A stretch of DNA of 64,000 nucleotides from Eukaryota sp. TZLM1-RC (Eukaryota > Protista > Metamonada: BaSk clade): assembly GCA_040285825.1 (NCBI GenBank), contig JAUPSS010000004.1, positions 2,212,550 to 2,276,549 of the forward strand, read 5' to 3'. Below, in pieces: positions 11,683 through 23,954 of this stretch. Each line of letters starts with the position of its first letter. Position 1 is the stretch's first letter. The notes below the pieces were generated by a model. It saw only the letters and a program-made list of their open reading frames with translations. It searched no databases and had not been told where the DNA came from. The position numbers and the translations under genes were made by a program.

Positions 11683-12107
11683 TATGTCTTAAGTGCTGTC
11701 CGTTGTCTTTTTGTTCCCATAAATTTGTGCTTGTAAATGTGTTGTGTTTTGTGTATCAAATGTGTCATCAAATTTGTACCTCATCAATAATCTCCTTTAT
11801 TGAAATAGTTTTGTGGATAGAAAATTACTAAAGTTAGTAATTGAATAACGTTAATTCAAAATTATTATTTGTCTCTAAAAAGGATCACACAGAGTAAACT
11901 ATTGAACAAAAGAATGAAGAGAGGTTAATAGAAGACAAATTAAACAATTTCAAATGAAAACTACTGATATCAAAATTGGTAAATTGAATGTACAATAGTC
12001 CAAAGAAGATTAAAAAAAATTTCATAACTAAAGAGTTGAATTAAATGAAGTATTTACAGTGAATCAACAACCTACAGAAAGTAAAACTTAAACTGAGATA
12101 AACTTCT

Positions 12108-14072
12108 CTACAACGTTAGAGTTCTTGCTTTGGGCGTTAAAAGCTCTCTATGCGATCTGCTACTTTTCAAGTCATCAGAGGGAGGTTCAACAAAATCTAA
12201 ATCCAAGGTAGGTGGCCCCCGCAGACTACTCAATTCTTCGAGAAGACCTTGTTTTTCCTGCCTCAAGCTCTCCTTTTCTTGTTCCACCTTGCTCTTTTCT
12301 TCTTCAAACAGATCTTCCACTTCCTTAAGCTCCTTCTCCACAGCTTCTCTCACTGAAAGTTCTCTTTGGTACCTTTCATTTACTGTGCTCAAATGATAGT
12401 TAAATCCCTTCTCCTCAATCGCCAGTTCTTCCATAACCTGGTCAATTCGTTCTAATGATTGAGAACACTTATCATAAAGTGACATTAATTGAGATTCAAA
12501 ATGCTCCAAGTCTGTTAAATCAACTTTTTGTAACCTGGTTAATTCTTGCTCTAGCTCTCCAATTCCAAGAAAAGTAGAGTTGGTTAAGTTTTGGAGAGAT
12601 TTGAGTTCTTCCTTCTTATAGTCTAATAACAATACATCATGAGATCTGAAGGAAACTTCATCTCGTAATTGACTCAATTTTGCCTTTTCTTTTTCTTTTT
12701 TGTTTCTATTACAGATATGTCTAATACCACTATGCAAATCGTGATAGGCTCTATTATCATTTAAATTAACCTCAAAGACAGTGGTTGAACAACCTAAAAG
12801 AGAGATCAACTCATTTGCAGACTCTGAGCCAATTAAGTTATCGCTTAGATTTAAATATTCAAGTGAAATGTTTTTTGAGAATAGTTGGAATAATTCAACC
12901 GCCTGTTCTCCTGAAATCAAACAATGTTTTAAATTAAGGTGCTTTAAGCAAGTCTTGTGGGTATTCAACTGACTGCCAAAGTGCTGACAAAAAGAACCAT
13001 AAAGTTTACAATGGGAGAAATCAAGGAACTGCAATGAATGGTTGATGTTACGGAAAGGGTTTGACTTTGGCTCAAAAATCAAAGACCCACGACGACTTTG
13101 ATTGTTGTGAGATAGTGTTAATTGTTTGATATTACCATTAGTGATAATTGAAAAAGAATTCCAAAAAGTTTCATCAAATTCTATTAAACAATTCGATAAA
13201 GATATTTTCTCTAAATTTGTCAAATACTTCGAAACTTCACAAATTCTTTTGAAACCATCATTTTCGACCGGGTTACAATCCAGAATGATTGACTTGATTG
13301 ATTTTAACTGACTTGCCCTTTCACAGAAATAATCGATACCTTGAGGTCCAATGTTATTAAAAGATAAATCCAAATGAGACACCTTAAGCTCTGCATTGCT
13401 CGTATTCAAAATAGTAACTAAATTCTCTGAATCAAATCCCAGGCCCCCAATAGAAAGAAAAGAAAAAGAACAAAAAGTAAGTAATGAACCTATACTAGAA
13501 GCTACAAGTTCTCCATCATTTGAAGTGCTCACGTCATCAATAATGTCATGGTCACTGGAAGGCAAGAGACCTGAAATATTGAAATTAGCCAAGGACGGTG
13601 CTCTAGAAGCTGCCATAATGATTTTTGATAATGAATTAGGAGTGAAAATATTGGGGTAAGTAGGTGGGTTCTTAGGAGAATGGCCAAGAGCGAATGTGGT
13701 TAACGTACTATTGTTAGTTAGGAACGACACAATTGTAGGTGTAAGGGAGTCAGAAATGTTATTTCCGCTGATGTTGAGGGAAGTTAAGGACACAGGACAA
13801 GATATGATGGTAGAGGTACCAGGGTCGCGAAGAATGTTGTCACTGAGATCCAAGGAGGTGATATTGTAACGACGGATTAGTTTTGAGAGAACAGCAGCTG
13901 AATAGGGGCCAAAGGCATAATCACGGAGTTTCAAGTGTGAGGTTATGGAAGGAAACGATTTCTGAAAATCATCAAAACGTTGAGTGGAAGGAGACTCACC
14001 CAAGTCTTTACATCGTAGAAGATAAAGTTCGTGTAAGAGAGAAGTTGTGACTGTTGTCTTGTCAAGGGTCAT
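12108..14072 (-). CDS. RNI-like leucine-rich repeat protein with C-terminal coiled coil
   Basis: 654-aa ORF with repeated LxxLxLSxNxI motifs and an E/K/L heptad-rich tail. Confidence 0.85.
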   Translation of the reverse strand: MTLDKTTVTTSLLHELYLLRCKDLGESPSTQRFDDFQKSFPSITSHLKLRDYAFGPYSAAVLSKLIRRYNITSLDLSDNILRDPGTSTIISCPVSLTSLNISGNNISDSLTPTIVSFLTNNSTLTTFALGHSPKNPPTYPNIFTPNSLSKIIMAASRAPSLANFNISGLLPSSDHDIIDDVSTSNDGELVASSIGSLLTFCSFSFLSIGGLGFDSENLVTILNTSNAELKVSHLDLSFNNIGPQGIDYFCERASQLKSIKSIILDCNPVENDGFKRICEVSKYLTNLEKISLSNCLIEFDETFWNSFSIITNGNIKQLTLSHNNQSRRGSLIFEPKSNPFRNINHSLQFLDFSHCKLYGSFCQHFGSQLNTHKTCLKHLNLKHCLISGEQAVELFQLFSKNISLEYLNLSDNLIGSESANELISLLGCSTTVFEVNLNDNRAYHDLHSGIRHICNRNKKEKEKAKLSQLRDEVSFRSHDVLLLDYKKEELKSLQNLTNSTFLGIGELEQELTRLQKVDLTDLEHFESQLMSLYDKCSQSLERIDQVMEELAIEEKGFNYHLSTVNERYQRELSVREAVEKELKEVEDLFEEEKSKVEQEKESLRQEKQGLLEELSSLRGPPTLDLDFVEPPSDDLKSSRSHRELLTPKARTLTL

Positions 14073-14163
14073 TGTCCAGGTTGAGAGGTCAAAAAATGTA
14101 TGTTTCTATGCTAATTTATCTTAATACTAAATTCTAAACATTCTTTCCCACACTCACTGATCG

Positions 14164-15545
14164 TTACAGTACCAGTGGGTTACAATTATCATGAATATGA
14201 GAGTATGTAATCCTGTTCATGTTGAGAGCACTGTTAACATCCCTGATTGTGCTGGCTTTACCTTTACGATTGGTCTTAGCGTCCCAATCACCAAAACCAA
14301 TTTCAAAATTTTGAGCATCAGCCATGAACTTAGCTTCATCACTTTCATCAACTTCTTCAAACTCAGTGTTGGGCATTTTAGTTGATTCACCAATCAATCT
14401 TTTTGATTGATTAATAACAATTTGTCTACTTCTAGTTTCAATCCGCGTATATGCTGAAGAAAGTGATGTTCAAATTAAAAAAACATTGTAAATCAATAAA
14501 GGGTTAGTTTTTCCCCTTTAGCATTTCCAATTCATTTCTCAGAAATGCTACTGACAACTATCATGAGTGTGAAAGGTCTTTTTTCAGAAATGGCTCCCAA
14601 TTAGCACGTAGATGATAAAGGATGTTTGGTAAATTGGACTTTTTCCTCTTTGCCCAGGATATTATTTTGGTGAATTTAAAATCCATTTTTCAAGCATCTG
14701 ATTCACAGTTTCGCATTCTGTTGCAGTGTAAATATTGTCATTAAGTTTTTGCTTATAGATGAATAACGATTTCATTAATTTGTGCCTGGTGAACAACTGC
14801 CGTTTAAGAAAATGTGTGGTCTGGTCTAAAAGTGCACTCTTGAATTTTTCCAAGGGGATTCACATCAATCTGTCGTGAACGTCATTAGTGTTTTTACAAT
14901 TTCTTGATCATAGACTCTGGATTTGATGGAGTTTGACAAAAATTCTGATAATGAAACGTAATAAGACTGTAGATCCAATAGTTTTCAACTTCTATGTTTG
15001 GCTCCTCTTGTTCATCCTTAAGTTGCGTGTCACTCCTTCGTCACTGACATGAGTGTAGATCGAGGGTAACTGAGGGTAATAATGTTCAATGTAAGTATAA
15101 GCCATTAAAGTCTCAAAGTCTGAGCAGTTTGACCTGGTGGCTTACCAGAAACACCCTTGTATAGCCCTTTTTGGCTCTTTGATTTTTGTTCATGCCCAAA
15201 ACACAATATTTTTCTATCAAATTGTTTTACTACCTGTATAGTTGCTTCTATCAGGTCATTTGACAGTGAAACTGGTTCATCACACTTTTCAAAACAATCC
15301 AAATAATATAGTTTCATTAAGTAAGTTCTTTGAACAATTTTGTCATTGTTGATAACCATTGATTCAATCACTGTTTGAATAGTTTGGTCTGGAATTAAAT
15401 TTATAAAACCACATTTGATAATTTTCATCGAGGTTAGGTTAAGACACTTTTGGGTATCAGATTTGAGGAAATAATTGATGATTTAATACACCAGCAAAGC
15501 GTCATGATCACAGTATTGGAGTGGTTCTTTTCTCTTGTTGACCAC
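14164..15545 (-). pseudogene. Fanzor1 family C, internally deleted copy
   Basis: N-terminal KIIKCGFINLI...IESMVINNDKIVQRTY.MKLYYL; C-terminal IGFGDW fused to RDVNSALNM (RuvC-III Asp). Confidence 0.75.
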
Positions 15546-15559
15546 TTATTAACATTTCG

Positions 15560-16015
15560 AATGACTTTAGGTCAATAATTTGTTCATTCTAGATTGAATG
15601 AATCATATTGCTTCTCCATCAGTCTCGATGCTCGACATGATGTACTTTGAATCTTCTGAATAAAGTTCTGTGTTTCTGCTTCATAGTCTTCAATGTCAGT
15701 CCATTTTTGAAATGGTGTCCCATATGAACAAATCAGCTGTTTGACCATTACACTGATGAGACTATCTTATACCAAGAATATCCTGTATTTGGCATCTTAC
15801 AAGACCAATAAACTTGTCCTGTCAATTTTGATATATGATGGTATACATGATTGTTTGAGAGGCAGAGCATGACAGAGCTTACTCTCCTCATCTTCTGAAA
15901 AATTATCAATGTGGAAAGTGACTCTTAAATACAGATTTGTTTTTTAAAGAAAAATCAAATTATGAATATTTTTCCCTTTTAGTAGTGGGAAGTAAATAAG
16001 GAAGATGGTCATTAA
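15560..16015 (-). pseudogene. Fanzor1 family D, middle part (downstream of the CRE insertion)
   Basis: INDHLPYLLP, KLCHALPLKQSCIPSYIKID and SIETDGEAI motifs; joins 19377+ across the TSD. Confidence 0.7.
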
Positions 16016-19000
16016 TTTTTTTTTTACAACAATTATAATTTATTGAATTTGCACACTTGATTAAATTAAATCATAACTAATGGGACGACTATCATTAAAC
16101 CAAGATTTCCTCTACAAAATCTTGATTTGCTTGCTGTCTAGCTAAAGCTTCTCTAATTCGATTGAAAAACCGCGGTAATCTATTAACAATGGCAAATTGA
16201 ATCCGTGAACGCCATAAAAAAATATCAAATCTTTTCATTGTTTTTTCTTTCACCATTTTTTGGAAGTCATCCAAAAAAGTTTCTGCTTCAACTGATAATC
16301 TTCCATTTATCGAAAATGGAAAAGCAATAAAAACCAGCTGTGTATTTCTATCGATATTTGCATCTTCAATTTCTTTATCATATTTTCTATGTTTTTCTTT
16401 TGCTTTAAAATCCAGAGCAGCCACAGGATTAAGTTTTCTTCTGTGAACCAAAGTATCGTTTGCAACATTACATGAGACAAAAGTCAACAATAGCTTCAGA
16501 ATTATCAATCCAATCACAGTATACATCACCTCTATCATCAGAACCAAAATTATTCAGAGAAAGTGTTTCTTTCAGCAGGGGCTCTTTGATACACGATATC
16601 CTTGCAGTTTGTGCCATATTGAAAACAGTGTCTCTAACAGCATCATGTAATGAAGAACGATAAGTTATCAATTTAGAGCAATTTAGAGCATGGCGCAAAG
16701 TGAGTTGAGGTGAATTCGAACAAATACATTTTTCTTTTGATAATAATTGGTTAATGGGGATGTTCAAATATAATCTCATTTTTGTTACAAATGCTTCATT
16801 AGTAGCACACAATCCAAATCTTCGTGGTACAATGGTTACAAAAAGTGAAGAATCTGACACCTTGTTTTCACAAACACCCTTTTCCAATAACAATGAGTGA
16901 AGATCTTGATTTAAAACAGCCGAGCTGCAAATATTATTATAAAGATCTTTTTTCATACATTCCAGTCAATCTTTTTCTGTAATGTTCGAAGAGTGTACTT
17001 CAAATTTAAAACATTTTTTTCTGGAATATTGCCATTGAATGATTGGGGAAAACATCGACCCCATTTTTCTACATCAATTCTTGAAATTTCTTCATTTAAT
17101 GCAAAAACAGTGGAACTTTGCGTTGTCATCAATAAATCTTCCCAATCTGCAAATCTTTCGGAGAACTCAAAGATTGCATTTCTGCATCCACCAACAAAAG
17201 CACACGAGGTAAGAATAGAAGCCTTCGTCCACCCTAAACCACCATATTGTGGACTAAGGTAAGCATGATCTGGAATTTGAAACATTTTACATCCCAGTAA
17301 TTGAGACAGAACTTTTGCACGTAACTCATTAAACTTTTGAGCCAAAGGTCTAGTGACGAGAGGATTTGTAGATCGAAATATATGATTAAAATTGGAACTA
17401 AAACACAGTCTTATAATGGTAAATTTGATGTGTTTTTTTATATCTAAATTCATCATTCGGTCAATTTTGTCAGAAATTGAGTTCAACTTTTCAAACAATT
17501 TTTTTGGTAATTTCATCATTATTTCCTAAAAACGAACCCAAATGACGAATAGCATCAATTGAATATAATTTGGCTTGAATTTCAATATCATTAATTATTG
17601 TGGAAACTGGAGAATTCGATAACAAAACACATTTAAGTAAATTAAGTCAGAGACCAATTTTGGTAAATAATTCTTTAAAACATACAGTTGCTTTTTTCAC
17701 AATATTTAATTCACCAATAAGCACAACATCATCCATATATGCAATCATTTTTAGTGAAGGAAACATCTCTTGAATTTGCAGTAGAATAGGATGAATGGCC
17801 AAACAAAACAAAAGAGGTCCTAACGGATCTCCTTGCTTTACGCCACTTGATGAAATCAAAATGTTGTTACCAAAATGTAAATTAGAATATGTGCAATATG
17901 TTGATTGAAAATATGGTATTAATTCTGGCATATATTGCAATAGAGCACCATGGATACTGCGACGACTTAGCGAATTGAAAGCATTACTAAAAATCCAATG
18001 ACATGCAAACATTGGATTCATTTTGACGAAATAAGACATCAGTAGCAAAAATCGCTGAAGAGACTCCATCTGTAGTATTTATACCATATTGAAAGGGTAA
18101 TAAAATCTTTTTAGCTTTTTTCATTGAACCTGCTTAAGCAACACGCAGAAAAAAATATTATGTAAGCTCTCAGAGACTGCAATAGGACGAACATCCATTT
18201 TTGAATTTTTGACAAGTGCAGTCAAACGAGAACTTCTTAATTCTTCTGGGTACTTGCGTTGACCAGATAATATTTGGTTGAAAAATTTGGTCAATAAACC
18301 AAGGCAATCTTCTGAAGAAATGATCGCGGCTTTTACATGATCAATAGTAATACCAGAAAGTCCGGCAGACTTACCACGAGGTCTCTTTTTGATAACCGAA
18401 AAAAACTTCTGATGGCATCAATGGATAATTTTCCCAGTATGTGCCGTAAAAATTTTGATCCATAACAGGGTCTTCATAAGGATGAAGTATTTTCAGTTTA
18501 TCTACTGTATCTTCATTGTTCGGTGCTTTGACTCCGGGACTTAAAGCTGACAAAGCCTTGGACCATTTGTTGTCAAAGCATTTGTCTTCAAAAATTTTAC
18601 TTAATTTCTCGGATGACTGATTTCTCGGTGCTATATTGGTTAAATCTTCGGAAATATTAACGAAATTTTGTTCAAAAGGAGGACAAAAGAACCAAAAATT
18701 CCCAAATAATATTGATAGCATACTTTCCTTTACATAATTGATCCAAAAATCTTTGAAAAACGAAAGCAAATTCATTGCATTTGGTCGGATGAATTTCTTG
18801 AGGTATTCTTATAGGAGGATGGTAGTTATCAACCATGCGGCATTTCAAGCAGCGATCAGAAGTTTTTCCTTTGCATTTTTTCTAAAAGAAATACCACAAG
18901 TGTTGCAAGTTTTGTGCTTCAATCGATTGCTAACTGGTTTTGCAACAACTTGTGGAGCATTATTTATGGGTTCTACCTTAGACTCTTTCCTTCTAATAAA

Positions 19001-19376
19001 TTTTCTTTTACATTTTGTTTCAGAATTTGCCGCATCATTTTTTTCCAACATTGGGGCATGTTCGAGCATTATGTCCCTGTTGTCGACACTTTGAGCATCT
19101 GTAGGAGCGTGGCTTTGTTTTTGAACAAACTTTTTTTTCATCGTGATTGTCTAAAAATTCTTGATCAGAATTTTTTTTGTCCAAAAATGAAGAGAGAAGA
19201 GGTTGAGGAGGAGAGGTGGAAAGGACGTCTTGAGCATCTTGTTGACTATCGTTCTTTCTTTTGACTCCATTAGAATCAGAAACTGATTCAGACATCAACA
19301 AGAAAGAATAGAAGCAATGATCTCGGTTCAGCCAGGTTTTAAGTTAAACGGTTATATGTAGAGGAAGAAAAAAAAT
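16016..19376 (-). mobile_element. Near full-length CRE-like RLE non-LTR retrotransposon (frameshifted single ORF)
   Basis: N-terminal CCHC knuckle (CSKCRQQGHNARTC), RT motifs (RPIAV, FSNAFNS, GVKQGDPLGP, YMDD), C-terminal CxC..H..C finger and RGD..IVDF RLE; 10-nt poly(A) at 16016-16025; TSD TGGTCATTAA(T) at 16006-16015 and 19377-19386. Confidence 0.92.
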
Positions 19377-20150
19377 TGGTCATTAATCAAATGCGAACTA
19401 ATTGACGCTGAGTTTCTTTCATTGTAGAGGTTCCAATATCACTATCCTTACATCCTTTTGTAATGGCAGATTTGACTTTACTAATAAATGATGAAAAGTT
19501 TTTCTTATCTTGCTCTTTCAGAACGTTGTTGTTTCTCTCAACATCAAAGAAATCATCAACAAAGCGATCCCTATAATCAAAGCAATGGTCTTGGATGTTA
19601 TTGTTGAAATTCAATATCAATTTTTCTATTGTGTCATACACAATGATACTTATTCCTTCTTTTCAACTTTTGGAACACGTTTGTCTTCAAATTGTTGGTG
19701 CTTGAGTTCCAACAATGGCGCACAACGAGAATTTTGTAACGCTTTTTTTGTACTTGACGTATTCCTCCTCATTTTGAGATGTCATCACAAGAAAAACGTC
19801 ACGAAATAATTGCGTTTCAAGTTTTAATAAAACATCATTAGGATGTAAGTCACAAAGGTGCAAAAAATACCCACAGATAAATTCTAAACCAACAATAGAA
19901 ATATTCTGACAGCTCATTGCTTCCTCATCGATCACGGCAATCATTTTTGGAGCTCTGATGACTTTTTCTCGACTGTCCTTATAACCATCATAAGATTCAT
20001 GTTTAACAGTTTCCATGAATTGGTTATTGTTAAGGAAATTACATATTTTCATGGTTAAATCTGTCTTTCTTAAACAATTAATTGCAAATGCAGTTGTTCT
20101 TGTGGATTAGGAAAAATCTGAGAAGGTGTCATGTTCATGAATCTTCTAAT
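19377..20150 (-). pseudogene. Fanzor1 family D, N-terminal part
   Basis: IAVIDEEAMSCQNISIVGLEFICGYFLHL and LNFNNNIQDHCFDYRDRFVDDFF match the Fanzor1 N-terminal pattern. Confidence 0.7.
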
Positions 20151-20172
20151 ACTTTGCAATATACTGAGAATC

Positions 20173-20284
20173 TCTTTTTTAAATAGTATTTATTCACTAA
20201 AAAACTTATAAATCAACATCTAAATAATCCATCTCTGCCAAAATAAAACAACTAAGTGCAACTCTCTCATAATGAGACCCAAGA
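20173..20284 (-). mobile_element. 112-bp extreme 3' end of a CRE-like element with 12-bp TSD
   Basis: LGSHYERVALSCF...LDVDL* tail plus A-tract; ATACTGAGAATC at 20161-20172 and 20285-20296. Confidence 0.8.
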
Positions 20285-20399
20285 ATACTGAGAATCAAGG
20301 TCAAATTTACTCTTATCCTAATAAAATTTCAAAACTGTTTTTAATTTCCGTGGTTCAAACACTGAAAATATTAACAACAAAGTGACTGATAATCAAAGG

Positions 20400-21250
20400 G
20401 TTCAAATGATTGTGATTCAATTCTGATAAATTCGATTTATAGTATTAAATCCATTCACAAGCATGGAATTCACCCTTTAGAAAGTACTCATTTTGAAAAC
20501 ACTTGATAATATGTGGGATGTCAAATTTGACAATCTTAAAACCACATATTATGTGTGGATTGTAACTTTGTAAATAAACCATTCATTTTCAGAGGAATGG
20601 TGAAATAAAGTGATATTTTTGTCATCAACTTTACAATGATGTTTGTTTATGCTTGTTGACCATTGTACTAAATCACAAAAACAAAGATTTAATTCAATTT
20701 TCTCTCGAGTAAAAATATGAGAAGCAAAATTTGAAACAATCTTTCTTGTAGATTGACAATAAGAGATGGAAAGTTATGTTGCAGGAATGAGAATAATTTC
20801 ATCCTCATTACTGGATTTTTTACTCAAGACCAAGGTTTCAATATCAAAATGTAAAATTCTAAGAGTATATTGTGTTTTGACAATGGATGGTGTTATTAAT
20901 GAATAATTGTATGGAGTCAGCGGTTTCCTCATTGAAAAGTGTTTTTACACGTTTCATATGTGCGCCCAATACATAAGCTCGGCTCTTTCTGATAGTGTTT
21001 TGTACAGAGGAGCATTTCTTTGTCTCAAATGATTTTCGTTCATTGTCAACACAGCTATGAAAACAACTTTTGTCTTTATTGACAAAATGTTTAATATGAG
21101 CTGAATCAAATTGAGTTTAACTGATTTGACAAAACTCAATTGATCATTCTTTTTGTAAACAATATGTGGAATAATTCGCAATAACAAAAATTGGATTGAA
21201 AAAATTCAGTCAAATTCATACATTAAATTAACTCATATTGATGCTAATTT
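20400..21250 (-). pseudogene. Second decayed family-B DNA polymerase N-terminal/exonuclease region
   Basis: TLRILHFDIETL (ExoI, ~20830-20870) and YNPHIICGFKIVKFDIPHII (ExoII, ~20505-20565). Confidence 0.7.
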
Positions 21251-21781
21251 TATCAAAAATTGTCGAATTCATTTTTTGCTGTTGTTCTTCATTACGATGA
21301 AGAACATCCAAAAGAAAATCCAAAGAAGAATCAAAGTGGGTTTTTCGATGCCAGAATTGATCAACTGTGAGCAAAAATCTTCTTGAACAAATTTCCTAGT
21401 GATGACGCGTTTCAAAGATAAACAAATTAATTAATAAAAGGAATTAAATTTTTATAATTTGGAATAAATTTTTTTCATAAAATAGTTTATTAAAAATAAA
21501 CACAAAATAAAATGCTCCCTTCTTTAAAAATCTTATTGGTAGAAATTCTGATGTATGGGTTCACTGAGATTGGTGGCTAACTATTGGAGGATTCTAGAAC
21601 GTCTAGAACATTAACTCTATTACCCTTTCAATTGATTTAATGGTAATAATGAAATTTTAAATACTGAGTGATACTTCCAAGACAAAAATGACAATGGTAA
21701 TGGTCAAAAACAAAAACAAAAACCCAATAAAGTAATCTCCATTTGCAAAAAACAACCAAACCTAAATAATAATAAAAACAA

Positions 21782-22636
21782 TTAAATCAAATTTACCAAA
21801 TCTTTAACGGTATCAACAACTAAATCTGGCTCAATTCCCAACCTCCTCACATCACATTTGCCATGTATTCCGTATTCTGAGGTGAGCACGCTCAACACCC
21901 CAGCGTTCTTCCCTGCTAAGATATCAGTGTCCAGTCTATCTCCAATCATTACCACCTCTTCCTTCGTCGTCCCATACCTCTCCATTGCACTCCTTATCAT
22001 TCTGGGCTCGGGCTTTCCGATTACGGTGGGAGTTCTACCTGTAGAAGAACGTAAGAAGCTTGTAATCGCTCCAGAACCAGGAATAGTAGCTGAATTGCAG
22101 CAGGGGAAAGTTGCGTCTTCATTGGTCACTATGAACTCAACATTGGGGTCTTCAAGGACGGCTGAGACATGTGCAAGTTGAGGGAAAGTACAATCACGGG
22201 AGAGTCCAACAACAACAGCCTTGTAGGTTGTATTTTTGTGAAAATTGGTCTCTAATTTAGAGTGTAGTTGGGCATATGAACCATTGAAAGCAGGAGTAAC
22301 AGTAAATTTAGCAGAAATGGTGTCAATTAGTCCGTCTTGTCCGAGAACTAGAACGTCTGACTTTTCTGGGTATTTGGATAAGAGATAGTTGGTGGTGACA
22401 GCAGAAGTGCATAGAACCTGATCGGGGGAACAAGGGAGTCCATAAGCTTGAATCTTAGAGGCATATTGTTCAGCGGAGAGCGTAGAGTTGTTGGTAAGAT
22501 AGATTACATGTTTTTTGAGAGCGGAGATACGGTTAATGAGTTCTGTTGCACCATCAACAACTTTGGAGTCAACATAAAGTGTTCCATCAACATCTATGCA
22601 GAAGAGCCTAATCGATTGTAAGCTGGTCAAGGACAT
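21782..22636 (-). CDS. HAD-superfamily class IIA phosphatase (NagD/phosphoglycolate phosphatase-like)
   Basis: DVDGTL, LTNNS, GKP and MIGDRLDTDILAG motifs; likely ATG at 22636. Confidence 0.93.
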   Translation of the reverse strand: MSLTSLQSIRLFCIDVDGTLYVDSKVVDGATELINRISALKKHVIYLTNNSTLSAEQYASKIQAYGLPCSPDQVLCTSAVTTNYLLSKYPEKSDVLVLGQDGLIDTISAKFTVTPAFNGSYAQLHSKLETNFHKNTTYKAVVVGLSRDCTFPQLAHVSAVLEDPNVEFIVTNEDATFPCCNSATIPGSGAITSFLRSSTGRTPTVIGKPEPRMIRSAMERYGTTKEEVVMIGDRLDTDILAGKNAGVLSVLTSEYGIHGKCDVRRLGIEPDLVVDTVKDLVNLI

Positions 22637-23049
22637 TGGACAAATAAAGTGGCATATAGCAGTATCTAATTTACACATCTTCAGCCCAACATTCGGTGTT
22701 TCGATCTCACATCATATCACATATCACAGTCAGTCTCTCTACATCGCTGTAAAAGACACTTATTCCTTTCTCACTACTCGTTGTGACCTTCTCCAAAAAA
22801 AGTGTGAATAAAATTTGTATTATTGTATTGAATAAAAACTAATCCCAAGTACTTGAGTTTAATGATGTCCAAGCTGTATAAGGATTCATCAAGAGTTGGC
22901 GTGGACAATTTTGTTTCTTATGTGTTTTAGTTTGTTTTGTTATGTTTTGTTATTTTTTTAATAAATAAATAAATAATATATAACTAATCTATATTTTTAT
23001 CTCGATTTCCACATGATGCATCTACAAGGCAATCACTTGATCAAAGGCG

Positions 23050-23330
23050 TTCTAGAGTCGTTCAGCTCAACAGGGGTCTTCTAACTCACTTTCTGCCACC
23101 AACTTCTCAGGATAATCATCTCACCAGACTGCTCATTGATAAATGGTCGGTATGGAAGAAACGTTTTCACAAACAGCATTACCGCTTCTCAATTCATTGA
23201 CCAAATGTGGAGCAAAGCGAGTAGCTGAACCTTTCAGTATTTTATCACAAAAAGGGCAGTCTCCTTGTACAAATATGTATCCTCCATCAGAATTAACTTT
23301 GTCAACAAATTTGGATCAAGACAAGATACT
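23050..23330 (-). mobile_element. BED zinc-finger fragment, probably a hAT-type transposase N-terminus
   Basis: CPFCDKILKGSATRFAPHL...C..V in a stop-interrupted frame. Confidence 0.55.
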
Positions 23331-23589
23331 ATGACTAACACATTGACTGGTAGGTTAAGACAAAAAGCTGATTCGGTAGTTCGGCTACATCAAGAGTTGC
23401 TACAAGAGTTCACAAGGCTTTAAAAGGCCGCTGTACAGTTTGTTCCCTCCATGATCGTCAATTTAGCAAAAACATTAACAAACCACACTTTCAGTATAAA
23501 GCATCATTTTTAGACCAAAGGACTAATCAAGCTATTGCCACCAAAGTACATAAAATTTCGACATCTCGATTTATGGAAATACAAAAAAT

Positions 23590-23810
23590 CGCCAGAATTT
23601 ATATTCCCTTTCTTATTATTGTCAACCAAAACATTGCTTAGCCAATCCAAGGAACACTAGACAATGTTGATGATGTTTTCTATCGCTCCCCAGCCACTGG
23701 TTTTATGAGCCAATTATTTTTTGCAAAATATTTATCAGAATGCTGAAATTTGTTTGCCGTCAAAAGTTCGTCATTATTAAAGATTTATTGATGGTCTTGG
23801 CTGGTTAGTA
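23590..23810 (+). mobile_element. Possible pogo/Tc5-like DDE transposase fragment
   Basis: SPATGFMSQLFFAKYL followed by FIDG; weak motif only. Confidence 0.3.
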
Positions 23811-23954
23811 TCAGACATAACTGTATAAATGTAAGGAGATTTATTACGAAGAGGAATTGCATTCGGTCTTCTTGGACTAATAGGCGGAATACTAATAAAC
23901 TATATAAATAAACTATAAATACTATTCAATACTAAACATTATGTTCCTTTTTTC

